DNA of 63,409 nucleotides, the filler included, from Parasitella parasitica NRRL 2501 (lineage: Eukaryota; Fungi; Mucoromycota): NCBI GenBank assembly GCA_025201805.1. It is 15 parts of 14 records of this genome, joined end to end, with 100 filler letters (N's around TTAATTAATTAA, not from the genome) between each part and the next. Parts side by side here need not be neighbours in the genome. Positions count along the whole stretch, not along the records: positions 44,005 to 49,580 come from MU619424.1; positions 49,681 to 51,594 come from MU619491.1; positions 51,695 to 62,215 come from MU619291.1; 12 more parts are not named here. One strand, given 5' to 3'. Made by a program: the position numbers and the translations under genes. Below are positions 44,112 to 56,095 of the stretch, piece by piece. Each line of letters opens with the position of its first letter. Positions within the stretch are counted from its first letter, which is position 1. Under the pieces are notes generated by a model. That model was not told the DNA's origin and made no database searches. It saw only the letters and a program-made list of their open reading frames with translations.

Positions 44112-47100
44112 CTATAAAGAAGCATGAACTTGATCTTCGTCGATCATCTTGGAGATGTCGAGTCGGATACTGTTCAGTACGGCAGCGGTTTCGAAAGCCT
44201 TTTGGTTAAAGACAAAACGGTAGTGAGCCCTCCAAATGTTAGCCAGAGTAATCATGACTATGAGATGAGAGGGTGCCCGGGGCATTTGACTATACCGGAT
44301 GTTGTAAAAGTTAAAAGAAAGGATGGAATGGCAGATATCCTCAATGGTAACAGTGGGCCAAAGAAACTCAAAGATGATACCTTGCCAAACGAGAGCCTTG
44401 TTTGGACAGCGGAATAGGAAGTGATCCAGAGTATCTGAGGCAGAAGAGCACACTACACATATGTCCGAGCTATGGCGATCAGGAAAAATCCGGTGCAAGA
44501 GCGAGAGATGTGGAATACAATTGTTAATGAAACGATATATAACATTCCGCTGGATCATGGTAAGTGACAGAGACCAAAAGAAGGTCCAGGCAGAAGAGTT
44601 TATAGCTCGCAAGTGTGAAGGTACAACTAAAAGAGAAGAACAAGCCTGACGGAAAGTTTTGGAGTGACTTTGCATGGGAGATCGATTAGTAGCATTCATA
44701 GGTAATAACTTTTGAATGAAAGGACGCAGAGAGACTGAGGTGGACGTGGTATCTGTAACAGCATTTGGATTGCAGAGAGGTAGAAAAAAGGGTTGTAATT
44801 TGAGATCGCCTGATTCGATGCCTCGAAACAATTGCCGAGGTGCCTGTTTCCAAAGGAGTAAACTAGGGTCAGCAGTGTCTTTCCAGTGTAAAAACTGACC
44901 AGAGGAATGCAGTTGAAATACGTCTGAGACAGCCATAGCTTTTAACTTTTGTGGCAATCTGTATGAGCTGGGAGATACCCGGTACATGATGGTGGCTAGA
45001 GGTAAACTGAGACCAGTAGCATGATTGATGGCAACTGAGTCATAATCTCTAGGCAACATGTCAATAGCTCTATATAACATATCAATGGTTGTCACTCGTC
45101 GCTTTCTCGTAAGTTGCTTGCGGGCCAAAGGCAAAAGCAAAGGAAGTTGAGGAGGATGAAACCCGTTGTGATTGGTGATATGGTATGAGAGCATGGTCAA
45201 GAGAGGGTTAGAAAGTAATGTAGAGGTATCCATTTGGAGAACCGGTTGTACCCAGCGAAAGTATAAGGCAGCATATTGTAGTTTAACATCTAGCACACCC
45301 AGGCCACCCTTGTGGCGAGGAAGAGTCCATGTGCTCCACGGTATAACTGGGAAGATCCCTTGTTTCAAATACTGGATGGCCACGGAAGTAATCTGTTGAA
45401 GATCATGGAAAGTAAGTGGTGTTACCCTGAAAACATACCAGCACTTTGATAAGATCAAGGTGTTAACGACAGTGGCTTTTCCCAGAACAGACAATGAACG
45501 GCAAGAGTGAGTTTGAACCGCACGTTTCAGAGTAGCAATAAGAGAGGTGACAAAGTAATTGCGTTGCGGAGCGCTTTGGATGAGGGGATAACCGAGATAA
45601 GTTAAGGGTTGAGCATCATCTGCGGTATGAAGATGATGTATATTCATATCAGCAAGAGGGCGGTTCCAGAAATCACGCGTGTTCCTACCAGAGAGAGAGA
45701 AGGCTTTCACCTTGGAGTAGTTAAAACGAGCATTAGATGCACGGCAAAACAGGTCCATGTAGAATTTCAAAAGGCAGAGGTCTTGCTGATCGTGTGCAAA
45801 TACCAGAGCATCATCCGCATAGCAGAGAATTTTGGTAGTCAAGCTAGCAGGTTCGCCTGAAGGGTTGTGTTGAGTTAATTGGTAACCATGGAAATCTTGG
45901 TCGTGCAGGATACTTTGTAAGAAAGGCTCAAAGGCAAGATCATAACATATACACGAGATGGGATCACCTTGCTTGAAGCCACGTAATTTGAGAACTTCTC
46001 CAGTGAAATATCCATTGATATTGATCTTGATACGATTATCTGCCATCAGGTGGTAGATACAGTTGACAATGCTACTAGGAAAGCCAAATCGGTTTAGGAC
46101 AGCTCTGAAGTAGGCGAGGTTGACTCTATCATAGGCTTTCTCCTGGTCAAGGAGGAGGCCAATATCACGATCTAAGGAATCAAGTGTACTTTGTTGGCCT
46201 GCCATAATCCATTTACGTTCAGCATCTTCCATAATGAGTTGGCACCTGAGGCCATTCTCGGCAATATATTTCTCAGGAATAAAACCAATTTGGTTAGGAT
46301 TAATGAGTTTAGGGCAAACTTCCATCATTCGCTGGTTAAGGATTTTGGTGAAGCATTTGTAATCACAATTGGCTAAACTTAGTGGCCGGTAGTTGCCCAT
46401 GGCTTTAGAATCACCCGTCTTCTTTAGCAAAGTCATTATGGATTCATTCCAGGAATCCGGAAAGACTGATTGTTGCAATGCATCATTGAAGACTATAAGT
46501 ATCAAATCCTTGAGGGGCGGGGAACGCATAACCAGGTTGAGAATTTCAAAAGGTAGGCCATCCGAGCCAGGACTGGACTTCCGAGGTGAGGTTTTCAAAA
46601 CATAGAGAATGTCCTCAAAGTCAATGGAGGAGGTAAGCAAGGAGCTGTCATCAGAGTTCAAACGCAAGTGCTCAGGGATAGATGATAGCAACTCTTGTAT
46701 GACTGTGGGTGCAACGGGATCAGGACTAAAAAGTTCTGTATAGAAGTTTTTAGCAATACGAAGTTTGTTGGGGTGATCATCAAATACAACATTATCGCTA
46801 GGATCAATTAATGCATTTATACTTCTTTGTGCTTCTCTGGTTGCAACAGTCCGCTTCAAATAGCCGGCATCCTTCTCGCCTTTCTCCCGCCATGTTTTGC
46901 CCGCCTTCAAAGCCGCCACTTCAGCCACTGATTCTTGTAAGGATCCAATCTGTCGTTCAATAGTTTGCAATATCTGAAAGTAGAGACCTCGGTTTTTAGA
47001 TTGCCGAAGCATCATATTTCGTTTCTGTTGAAGCTTCTTCAGTTGTTTATCTCTCCAGTTGTTGTCTGTCAGTTGAAAGGCCTTGATAAAGGTTTTGACT

Positions 47101-48026
47101 GTCTCCTTGACCCAATCCCATGTTTGCTGAGGAGTGGAAATCGAGAGGAGGTTTGGAATCTCCAAAGCTTTGAGTTCTATATGTTTCGCCAAAGCTGATC
47201 TAAAATCCTTACGTTGAGCGAGCAAAGGGTTGGCTTTCCAAGCACCGGGTCCACGTCCTAGTATATCGTCATAGCGAAAAGATATGCCAAGTAGTGCATG
47301 ATCCGTCCAAAGTCGCGACATGTGTAGCTGGTCTGGATCGTCCACACGGTACGCAGAATTTTCGTCACAAAATATAAAATCAATAATAGATTGGTTAGAG
47401 TCATTCTGCCAAGTAGGTTGTTTTTGATCCCGAAAACAATCAATATAATGTTCCGTCAGAAGGTTAATCCATTCTGTTGGAGCGCTAGTAAGACTACCAT
47501 CCTCTCTTAAATGATTCTCATAGGAATAATTGAAATCCCCTAGAATAAGTGTGGGAGTGGAGTGATAGTCAGTAAGTGTTTGTAAGATAGGTGGAAAATT
47601 TAGCAATTCAGTGTAGAACGCAGAACGTTGTGAGTGAATTCCTGATCTTCCATAGAGGTTGAGGATTGTGGCGATGGTGACTAGTGTGTTGGTATCTGCA
47701 TCGTCTGTTAAGTTTAATTGTATGTTGGCAAGAATGAAACGACCATGGTCGATACCATCTTTGATAATTTGAAGGCTGTATTTATTGTTGAGACAAACAA
47801 TTCCACAGTGTTGTGTCCAATGACTTGAATTAGGTATTGTTGTTCTAAATTGAATGTTGAATTCATCTATAATTTGTTGACTTGTTGCATGTGTTTCTTG
47901 TAGGAGGAGGATATCATATTCCAGTGATCTTAAATAACGAATAAATGATTGTCTTGTTGTTGGATTGTTTTGTTTACGGAGGCCACGACAATTGAGTGTG
48001 GCAATTTTGCAGGTTGAGTAAATCAT
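44112..48026 (-). CDS. L1-clade LINE ORF2 (APE-RT-zf-RVT), intact
   Basis: TLNCRGL, LQETH, GDFN, TDH; KSSPGSDG, YRPLSL, LDQEKAYD, QGDPIS, YADD; CVVC..DTLDHFLFRC. Confidence 0.95.
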   Translation of the reverse strand: MIYSTCKIATLNCRGLRKQNNPTTRQSFIRYLRSLEYDILLLQETHATSQQIIDEFNIQFRTTIPNSSHWTQHCGIVCLNNKYSLQIIKDGIDHGRFILANIQLNLTDDADTNTLVTIATILNLYGRSGIHSQRSAFYTELLNFPPILQTLTDYHSTPTLILGDFNYSYENHLREDGSLTSAPTEWINLLTEHYIDCFRDQKQPTWQNDSNQSIIDFIFCDENSAYRVDDPDQLHMSRLWTDHALLGISFRYDDILGRGPGAWKANPLLAQRKDFRSALAKHIELKALEIPNLLSISTPQQTWDWVKETVKTFIKAFQLTDNNWRDKQLKKLQQKRNMMLRQSKNRGLYFQILQTIERQIGSLQESVAEVAALKAGKTWREKGEKDAGYLKRTVATREAQRSINALIDPSDNVVFDDHPNKLRIAKNFYTELFSPDPVAPTVIQELLSSIPEHLRLNSDDSSLLTSSIDFEDILYVLKTSPRKSSPGSDGLPFEILNLVMRSPPLKDLILIVFNDALQQSVFPDSWNESIMTLLKKTGDSKAMGNYRPLSLANCDYKCFTKILNQRMMEVCPKLINPNQIGFIPEKYIAENGLRCQLIMEDAERKWIMAGQQSTLDSLDRDIGLLLDQEKAYDRVNLAYFRAVLNRFGFPSSIVNCIYHLMADNRIKININGYFTGEVLKLRGFKQGDPISCICYDLAFEPFLQSILHDQDFHGYQLTQHNPSGEPASLTTKILCYADDALVFAHDQQDLCLLKFYMDLFCRASNARFNYSKVKAFSLSGRNTRDFWNRPLADMNIHHLHTADDAQPLTYLGYPLIQSAPQRNYFVTSLIATLKRAVQTHSCRSLSVLGKATVVNTLILSKCWYVFRVTPLTFHDLQQITSVAIQYLKQGIFPVIPWSTWTLPRHKGGLGVLDVKLQYAALYFRWVQPVLQMDTSTLLSNPLLTMLSYHITNHNGFHPPQLPLLLPLARKQLTRKRRVTTIDMLYRAIDMLPRDYDSVAINHATGLSLPLATIMYRVSPSSYRLPQKLKAMAVSDVFQLHSSGQFLHWKDTADPSLLLWKQAPRQLFRGIESGDLKLQPFFLPLCNPNAVTDTTSTSVSLRPFIQKLLPMNATNRSPMQSHSKTFRQACSSLLVVPSHLRAINSSAWTFFWSLSLTMIQRNVIYRFINNCIPHLSLLHRIFPDRHSSDICVVCSSASDTLDHFLFRCPNKALVWQGIIFEFLWPTVTIEDICHSILSFNFYNIRYSQMPRAPSHLIVMITLANIWRAHYRFVFNQKAFETAAVLNSIRLDISKMIDEDQVHASL

Positions 48027-48034
48027 AATAATAA

Positions 48035-49525
48035 TTATAATGATGGAGGAGAAGGCTGCTGTCCAGCTGCTGTATCAGGAGGCGTTTCATTACCATCAGA
48101 AGAAGAATCATTTTGTGTATTGGAGTTCATTTGAACGAGGCGTCTGTTAACTGTAGCATCAGTGTTGGTTTTGGTCTTTTGTGCTTTATTACATGCTCCC
48201 TGAGCATGAATTTCAGGAGAGTGGGGAAGAGTGGGTTCACTCATAGGAACATCAGGTTGTTCAGCCGAGGCTGCAACAGGTGTCATATTCACAGCAGATA
48301 AATTGTTGACTTTATTATTTTCATTGTCAATATCTTGTTTGGGGTCCTGAGAGCTAGGTGCAGGAACAGTTACAGTAGTTATATTGGAAGCAGGAGCAGC
48401 AGTAGCTACAGTGGTTGACCGAGCTGAGGAAGGAGGTTCAACAACCATTGGAGTGGTCTGCGTGGTAGGCTTATTGGCAGATTTACGCTCCTTCTTACCA
48501 ACAGAAGCATTTTGGTTGGGTGCAGGGACAGCACGAGTCTTGCTGGGAGCAATAGTAAGATTGCTGTTATTTCTAGGGCAATTCTTCCATCGGTGGCCTT
48601 TCTTAAGGCAGTTGTGGCAAGTCATCCAAGAGTACAAATCGGGGCAATCAGCACGACAATGTTCAGTTGAGCCACAGCACCGACAGAAATCGGGCATCCT
48701 GTCCCAAGTTAAGGTTATCTTTCGGAATTCGCCGTCATCCTCATCCCATACAATTTCGCGGTTGAGATGTTCATGGTGTACATGTTCAGCAGCGCAATGA
48801 GAGCGCTCAGGGCACGGATCAGCCGGGAGTTCAATTGTGGCATATCCGCCACCGACATAATAGCCTTCCTTCTTGCTTAATCCATAGTCAAGGACATTAC
48901 CGAATTTTTGCAACCGTTTTTTCAAGTCCTTTTGCAACAAGGGAAGTTGTAGAAACGGAAGTCCAGACAAAGTCAAACGTACAATCTGGGTATCAGCAGA
49001 ATAGGAGGGAAAGCCTTTGATGTAAGTGCCATCAGTGAGGCATATGCCTTTGTCGGTAATTGTGTGATACGAAAGTGAATTAGGGGCCCACATGGTCTCC
49101 ATGAACACATGATTCAGATAGGTGCGAGTTTTCTCACAACGCCCCAAAAATTCATTATATCCTCGACCGTCAACATCTGCGTCTTTATTGAAGTCATCTA
49201 AGGCATCTCTAAGTATACTGAGGTCCTTAACATGAGTGATATCAATGAGGACAGATCCTTGTTCAAATCCTTTAATGAAAGGGCGAACAAGTTCAATAGG
49301 ATCTAGTTGGGTTTGGCTGTTAGTTGCTTGGTTGGACTCGGAATCGTTCAGTACTGGTTGAACAATTGTGGGTGATAAAGAGAGATACTGTTGTTTGGCT
49401 TTGCCTTTTTTTCCTTTTCCCGCAGCAATGACTGACCAGGGAACGTTAGGTTTGATAGTTGGAGAGGGCGAACTGGAAAGTCCAGGTCGCGATGAATTTG
49501 CTAAAGTACGGGTAGTGTTTACCAT
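48035..49525 (-). CDS. L1-clade LINE ORF1 with two CCHC zinc knuckles
   Basis: CRCCGSTEHCRADC and CHNCLKKGHRWKNC; 8 nt upstream of ORF2. Confidence 0.9.
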   Translation of the reverse strand: MVNTTRTLANSSRPGLSSSPSPTIKPNVPWSVIAAGKGKKGKAKQQYLSLSPTIVQPVLNDSESNQATNSQTQLDPIELVRPFIKGFEQGSVLIDITHVKDLSILRDALDDFNKDADVDGRGYNEFLGRCEKTRTYLNHVFMETMWAPNSLSYHTITDKGICLTDGTYIKGFPSYSADTQIVRLTLSGLPFLQLPLLQKDLKKRLQKFGNVLDYGLSKKEGYYVGGGYATIELPADPCPERSHCAAEHVHHEHLNREIVWDEDDGEFRKITLTWDRMPDFCRCCGSTEHCRADCPDLYSWMTCHNCLKKGHRWKNCPRNNSNLTIAPSKTRAVPAPNQNASVGKKERKSANKPTTQTTPMVVEPPSSARSTTVATAAPASNITTVTVPAPSSQDPKQDIDNENNKVNNLSAVNMTPVAASAEQPDVPMSEPTLPHSPEIHAQGACNKAQKTKTNTDATVNRRLVQMNSNTQNDSSSDGNETPPDTAAGQQPSPPSL

Positions 49526-50636
49526 GCGAAAGAAAGCTTCTTGCCAATTATTTTTCAGCTGGCGCCATTTATTTTTTGATNNNNNNNNNNNNNNNNNNNN
49601 NNNNNNNNNNNNNNNNNNNNNNNNTTAATTAATTAANNNNNNNNNNNNNNNNNNNNNNNNNNNNNNNNNNNNNNNNNNNNTTTTTTTGCTGCTTCTCTAC
49701 TTCTATTACGCTGCTATTATGTTACTACTATATACTCTCATACTTGATCATCTACAATCCAAACGCATGCAATTTGTGTTCATTATTGCTGGTATTATAC
49801 ATTGTACCTCTTTGATTCTGGGTAAAGTTGATTTTTTTCCTTAAAAACAGTAAATATTACACAACAAGTTTTCTAAAACAAGATAATTAACACTCTCATA
49901 CGCATTCTTTTATAGTACCTATCACAAAGAAAACAATATTCAGAATAATGGCGTGTTTCTAGTGCAGTAATTCATTCAGGTATTATCATTTATTATGTTT
50001 TTCTAAAAGCTTTTTTACTAACTCAAAAATCTCTTCTGCTTTACATTTAGGTTTTGTTCTCTCGTCGTCGTGTCAAGTGGATGGCCTATCACTGAAATTT
50101 GACATTAGCTCTTTATCCGGGTCATACAGGAGCATGTAGGCTGTTTCTACTCATTAACTGTGCTTACCCTAGCAGTTCTTGAGATGGGCCATTTTATCCA
50201 AAGCTACGAAGTGTGGTAAGGCACTTTTTGGCTGCTTAGGGGTGGTATTGCTTGAAATTCTACCAATTTCTATTTTTGGTCGGATTTCAAGCTCCGCCTA
50301 ACATCAAAACAGGGGGAAACCCTGTTTTTTTGTTTTTAGGATTTAGGGGTTGACTTAGCCAAATTAATCGTGATTTTATGAGAAAAACAAAAAAAAAACA
50401 AAAATAAAAAAAAATTGCACACTTTTTAGTTTGGTTTTTACTGATTTTTCAAAGTATTTTTTATTTGTACATGTGGTTTTATTCAGTTTCAGCAATTATT
50501 TGATCGGTCATTCATATTTACTGTGCCAGTCAAGCATTGAGATGGGTAGCTAGGATATTGTAGCTATTGAAATTTGTTTGTTGTGTAAGGTATTCATATG
50601 GTTAATACCGCGGATTAGGACTGTCTGCTGTTTCTC

Positions 50637-51594
50637 TTAGTTATCCTCTTCATCATCAAAGTGCGCTCTTTTTCTAACTATTTCTATTGCATCTGCATCT
50701 AAGCTGTATTTTCTCTTGATTTTCAAAGGCAAGTCAGCACCAAAAAAGTAGAGATTGCTTGAGTCCTTGACTCTAGACATTGCAACATAATATAATTGTT
50801 GGCCGTGTGTAAGTACGTTATCTAGATGAATTCCAACGCAATAAATAGTCATGCTTTGTGATTTATGGATTGTTGATGCAAATGCTGGTATAATAGGAAA
50901 CTGGATCCTGACATAGCTCGTGCCAGGTACTTGGCGAGAGATACGCTGTAACCAGTATAGTATTTCATCTTTATCATCTACGCCTCCGGTTTTTCTCAAA
51001 CAAATATTGCTGTGGTCGATATCGGCTACAGTAGCCACGGTTGCATTTACCCAACCTTGCGATACATTCAAGTTCTGGATAACCATGACGGGCATATCAA
51101 TTTTCAGGTAGAGGGTGGCAGCTAATTTTGTTTCCTTTAAGGCTGCTCGCGCAGTTCCTTCCGTAGTATCAGAAAAACTATCAATTGCTTCAATCCTGTG
51201 TCCTTCACCTGGAAAACCAGCATAATATTTTTCATTTGCCTTCCTAATCAGCTCAAGAGTGGTATATAGTCGTAGACAGGTCATGGGCAAGCATCTTTTC
51301 AAACCAGTATGATCATTTATAAATTTGATAACTGATCTGTCAAATTTAGCTATCCTGACTTTGTTGAGAATTTCAATGAAATCTTCGTCTTGCTGTCTAA
51401 CAGGCTTTATTAGGTGAAATCGACAAACAGAATTAACTATTTTTGTATTCCATATTGTGCCTTCATTTTTTTGAATTGGCAGCAATTGAGCTATATCGCC
51501 GAAAAAAACTATCTTCACACCACCCATGATTGTTGTTCTCTGCGTACTTTTTATAAGGGCTTCTTTTATCATATCTAACATTTCTGCACTAAGC
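50637..51594 (-). CDS. Pif1-family (SF1B) helicase C-terminal part, probably transposon-borne and degenerate
   Basis: FGDIAQLLP, VRQQD..FIEILNKVR, NLNVSQGWVN, QFPIIPAFASTIHKSQSMT, YVAMSRV. Confidence 0.85.
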
Positions 51595-51899
51595 NNNNNN
51601 NNNNNNNNNNNNNNNNNNNNNNNNNNNNNNNNNNNNNNTTAATTAATTAANNNNNNNNNNNNNNNNNNNNNNNNNNNNNNNNNNNNNNNNNNNNCGATTA
51701 TATGCAATTGTGATATGAAAATTTGTGATATCATCTGATAACTTTATAGATATCAATGAAAACATGAATGTCAATGTTGTTTCCAGATAGCGCCAAGTCA
51801 ATGCTAAGTTTTCCAAGTTAGATCTCGGTTCTACGGTCATTTTAGCAAAAGTTATGAGCAAATATCTGATATTAATGATAAATATTGAAAAATAAAAGT

Positions 51900-52028
51900 A
51901 TTTTTGCAGATAACTTTTGATAGAGACATCGCCCAGTGGAAAGCAAGGTATGCTCAGATAGCGATGATCATGCCTGTTCTTATGGCGCATAAGACAGTGT
52001 TTATTTTGCTCTTTATCGAAGCGTATCA
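51900..52028 (-). repeat. Dispersed repeat (copy of 2965-3095)
   Basis: Direct sequence similarity. Confidence 0.75.
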
Positions 52029-52304
52029 TCGATTATATTTGAATGGAGGATGTCGTCAACGCAATTCAACCTTTTAATTTGAGACTTGACTATTTTTTAC
52101 TGATTTATTAATTGTTTCCCACGCCATGGATTTATGGCAGCTTTTGAAGTTTGATTCAAATAAGGCAGAAACACAATGCAATTCAACATTAATAAAACAA
52201 ACTATTCTTCTAATGCAAAAAGTTGGAATTATGATAAATGTTAATTATAATGCAATAAGCGATAGCGTATAATATCTCAGCGTCAACTAGTTCTCATGAA
52301 TATA

Positions 52305-55300
52305 TTATTTTGGAAGGACTAATCCGCATCTTATATCAACAGGACTTTGCAGTACCTTCATGAAAACAGTGTCCAAGGGTGTTAATAGAGACGTACTTTT
52401 AGTACTAATATTAGGCTGTTTGGGTGCTGCGTTTCCCTCTTGTGATGGCTGGTATGTTGATGATGAAGAAAAAGGGGTACCCACGGTTGCTCTTCTCATT
52501 TGGACCAGCCTAGACTGTAGCGAATATAGCATATTATTTAGATGTTGTGCGAGAGTTGAATTTGTTAGTGTATCTGTTTTCAGTAAAATAACGTCTTCCA
52601 GCAACGATTCTGATACAAGGCGGGCCTCTTCAGGTTGCATAGATCGAATAAGTGATAATGCGATTTCGTAGGCCACTTGAGAATCCGTAGTGTGATCAAA
52701 CAAGTCAATTTGGAGGTTTTCGTCTACAATATCCATCCAGTTATTTTCATCTAGTTGGTCGACAGGATGCTTTTGTTCTAAAATATGCGAAATCTGTTGG
52801 TTGAGTGTGTCGACTTGGAGCGTGATAAGATCGATGCGTTCGTCCATGTACTGTGGCTCATCCGAGACGAGCGCCATTCCTGATTTTTGCTCTTCCTGAA
52901 TTATCAATTCTCGCTCAGCTAATAGTTCTTTTTGTTCATCTTTCAGTCTATCACGCTTAAACAAGACGTTAGTAATGGCTGACTGTAAATTTCCTTGTTC
53001 AAGGAATGTAAACCTTTTGTATTAACTCTTCGCCAGCTTTGGCAGTTGAATGATTTCTGACATATAAAGAAATGGCTCTGAACAGTAAAAGTTAGGTTTT
53101 TTCTCTTATGCTTTTGTTGTTAATGTGCGATTGTACCTATGAATTAGTTTTTTCTTCTGGTACACTTGTTGCTGTAAGGATGTTACTTTGAATTTGCCAC
53201 CCACTTTTTTTATGGCATTCTGCTTTACAAGATAACCACGTACATTGGCACATGCAGCAGCTTTTGCCAGCAAGTTGCGATCAGTGATTCCGCTTCCCGC
53301 AGGAACTTTTTTGCCATGGTTAGCCAGCACCTTTTTCAGAATAGCGGCAATCTGCTTCATCTGCCCATTCAATGCCACGATTTCTTCAGTGGCCAGTTTG
53401 CACGCCGACTTTTGCTGCATAAGATCTCTTTCCAGTCGCTTTCTAGCGGAAACAAGTTGAGCTTCCTGTCTCTTCATCTTGGTCATTTCTTTTCCATTTT
53501 CCAGAGACTTTTCTCGAGCTCTGTCTGATTCCAATTTTAGGCGTTTAATTAGCTTCTTTTTCTCATGAGTTAGCTTTTCTACGGTCTTGTTCAACTGATC
53601 TATGACTGATTGATTTTGATTTCTCATTGTGTCTGATTTGCTAATTAATTGCATATGCTTTCGGCGCAACACTTGTTGGTCTGCCTGTTGCTTTTTAATG
53701 CGACATTCGTATTGATTTCGTAGCTCTGCAAGCTCGCGTTTGTATTGTGAGGTAGCAGTAGTTTTTTTCACAGTGGTTTCTTGCAATTTCCGGTTCAGTT
53801 GCTTTACTTGATCTACTCGTAATTTCTCACACTTCTCTACTTGACGGATCAAAAGGTGTTTGCTTTCTATGGCGCTGCTTAGCTTTTGCAATAAGCGTTT
53901 ATTCTCGCTAATATGGTCGTTTTGAAGCACTGGTATAGTGGGCGGCGTTATATCTACTGTGCGTCGTCTATATTGTAAGGCTTTAGGATTTGTATTCATA
54001 TCGCTTTTTTTCAGGTCCCATGGGCTGCTATTATGATGAGCAATCGAAATCTAGCGAGGAAGGAGTTAGTAGATGCATCTATTGAATGGCATCTCATAAC
54101 ATATACTTTAGCAGATTCCAAGAACTCTGTTTCTCTTTCCATGCTCTTCCTTGCTTCCTGCAAGATTAAGTTTTCATTCGACTCGTCCATCGCTCTCAGT
54201 TGCTTTGGTGACGCCGTGTTACTACTGGCATTTAATGAAGAAGATATACTTCTTCTTCTGCCATTTTTTGCTCGCTTGCTGCCAAATCTGTAGCTGTGCT
54301 TCTTTTTTTTACTTGTTTTTTCGGAAAGATTTTCTTTGCTTAGCAATGGTGAGCGTGCAACATTAGTTGAGTTGGATGCTGTTGATGCAACCAAGGTTGC
54401 AGATGAATCAATATGATCGATTTGTAGTACGCTTTTATTCTGATCCGTAGTGCTCAACAGTGCTGCAGTTCGTTGCTGCTGCAGCTGCTGCTGTTTCAGC
54501 AACTGTTGAGACATAAAAAGCTCTCCGCGAAGAGACTCAATAGTGGTCGCATATTCTTGTACGAGGGCTTCTTGTGCAAACGGTTGGTCGTGTCCGTTCA
54601 GCTGATGCTTATAATGGTCGCGTTCATATTTCACAGAGGCTAATTCGAATGTTGTTTGATCTAGCGTCTGATGAAGAGAGCCAAGCTGAGACTTGAGACT
54701 GTCCATTTCATCGTTGACTGCACGCAGAAAATCATCTGTGCTCCTGAGTTCCTCTTTCAACCGCGTGATTGTAGCCTTCAGACGGTCTGATTCACCTAGC
54801 TCCTGGTTAATGACAACTCTGTTCCGAATGTTCCTGGCTCTGTTGGCATATTTCAATGTATTCAATGTCTCTGTCATGTTGCTGACGGCAGGCGAGGCAC
54901 ACGCTAGCATCAATGTTTGACTATTGCCACCTAAGCTGTCTTGCAGAAGCCTTGTAAGCTTGGAGTCCCGATATGGTATATGGGACACACGGCGAGACTC
55001 ATCGCCCAACGCCGAAATGACGTTGCCGAGTGCTAATAAGCCCGTATTGATAGAAATGCCTTCTTTTGCTCGGTCTCCCACGGCATTTGTTCGCTTTAAC
55101 TAAGGCGTGTTTTGGATTTTTAGAACACGCACATAAAGTCAACTGCAGTATTTACCCTTTCTGATCCAGCAAGATCGACAAAATGGAACTTGGATACAAG
55201 TCGTTTTGTATGCCGTGAAGCAGAATTATTTGGGCTGAAAACGTTGGTTTGGTTAAACAAAGTTGCATTTTCAACAAAGGTCTCATCTGATTCGGTCTGA

Positions 55301-56095
55301 AACTGTTTGAGAATAATGGAAAAAATTGCATGCGACCTGGATGATGTACTATTCATGTCCGTTGACGCTGTGGTACGTGCAATAGAGCCCTTTTGTAACA
55401 GGCCCATTAATTCAGTTGGATTTGAAACAGCCTCTTCTCTGACACCTGCCCAGCATATATTGCCATGGCTGTCCTCTCTGATTGTCAAATTGAGCCCCTC
55501 TCTTCTGCTCTTGACATTCGGACACAACAGATCTACAAGATCCTCATTATGCAGCTCCAGAAAGGAGACGTAAACTTGAAAAGAGTAACTATCTGATCTC
55601 TTTGACTCTAGTGAATGAAATAAAGAGTCTATGAATCTTGGTACAATGCCATCGTTTACAGAAGCATTCATGACGGAATCCAGGCCGATGCCCATGCTGT
55701 ACGTTTTCCCGCTTCCTGTTTGGCCATATGCTAAAATTGTCGAGTTGTATCTGTTCCCAAGTTAATCGCAGATTTTTCGCAAATGTATTTTTAACGTGGA
55801 ACCATACCCTTCTATGAATTTGTTCAATAGCGGAATCACGCATGAGCTATAGACCTCTTGCTGTGATGAGTGAGGTGGATACACATAATCAAATGTAAAC
55901 GGTCTGTCTCCTCCCAAGACGACCTGTTGCTGATTATTTGGAATAAATGCAACTGCATTATGGTGACAATGCTGCTTTTCATTTTCCGTGAGAGGCCTTA
56001 TCCTGACTGCCACTCTACATGTCACTGTAAATAAGCAAACTGTAGCCATGCCCTTCAGCGCTATCTTACCGAACAGAAGATGATGAAGCTGTCAT
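52305..56095 (-). CDS. Kinesin-4 family (KIF4/KIF21-like) motor protein, multi-exon
   Basis: [66 protein letters not shown]; coiled-coil tail. Confidence 0.93.
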
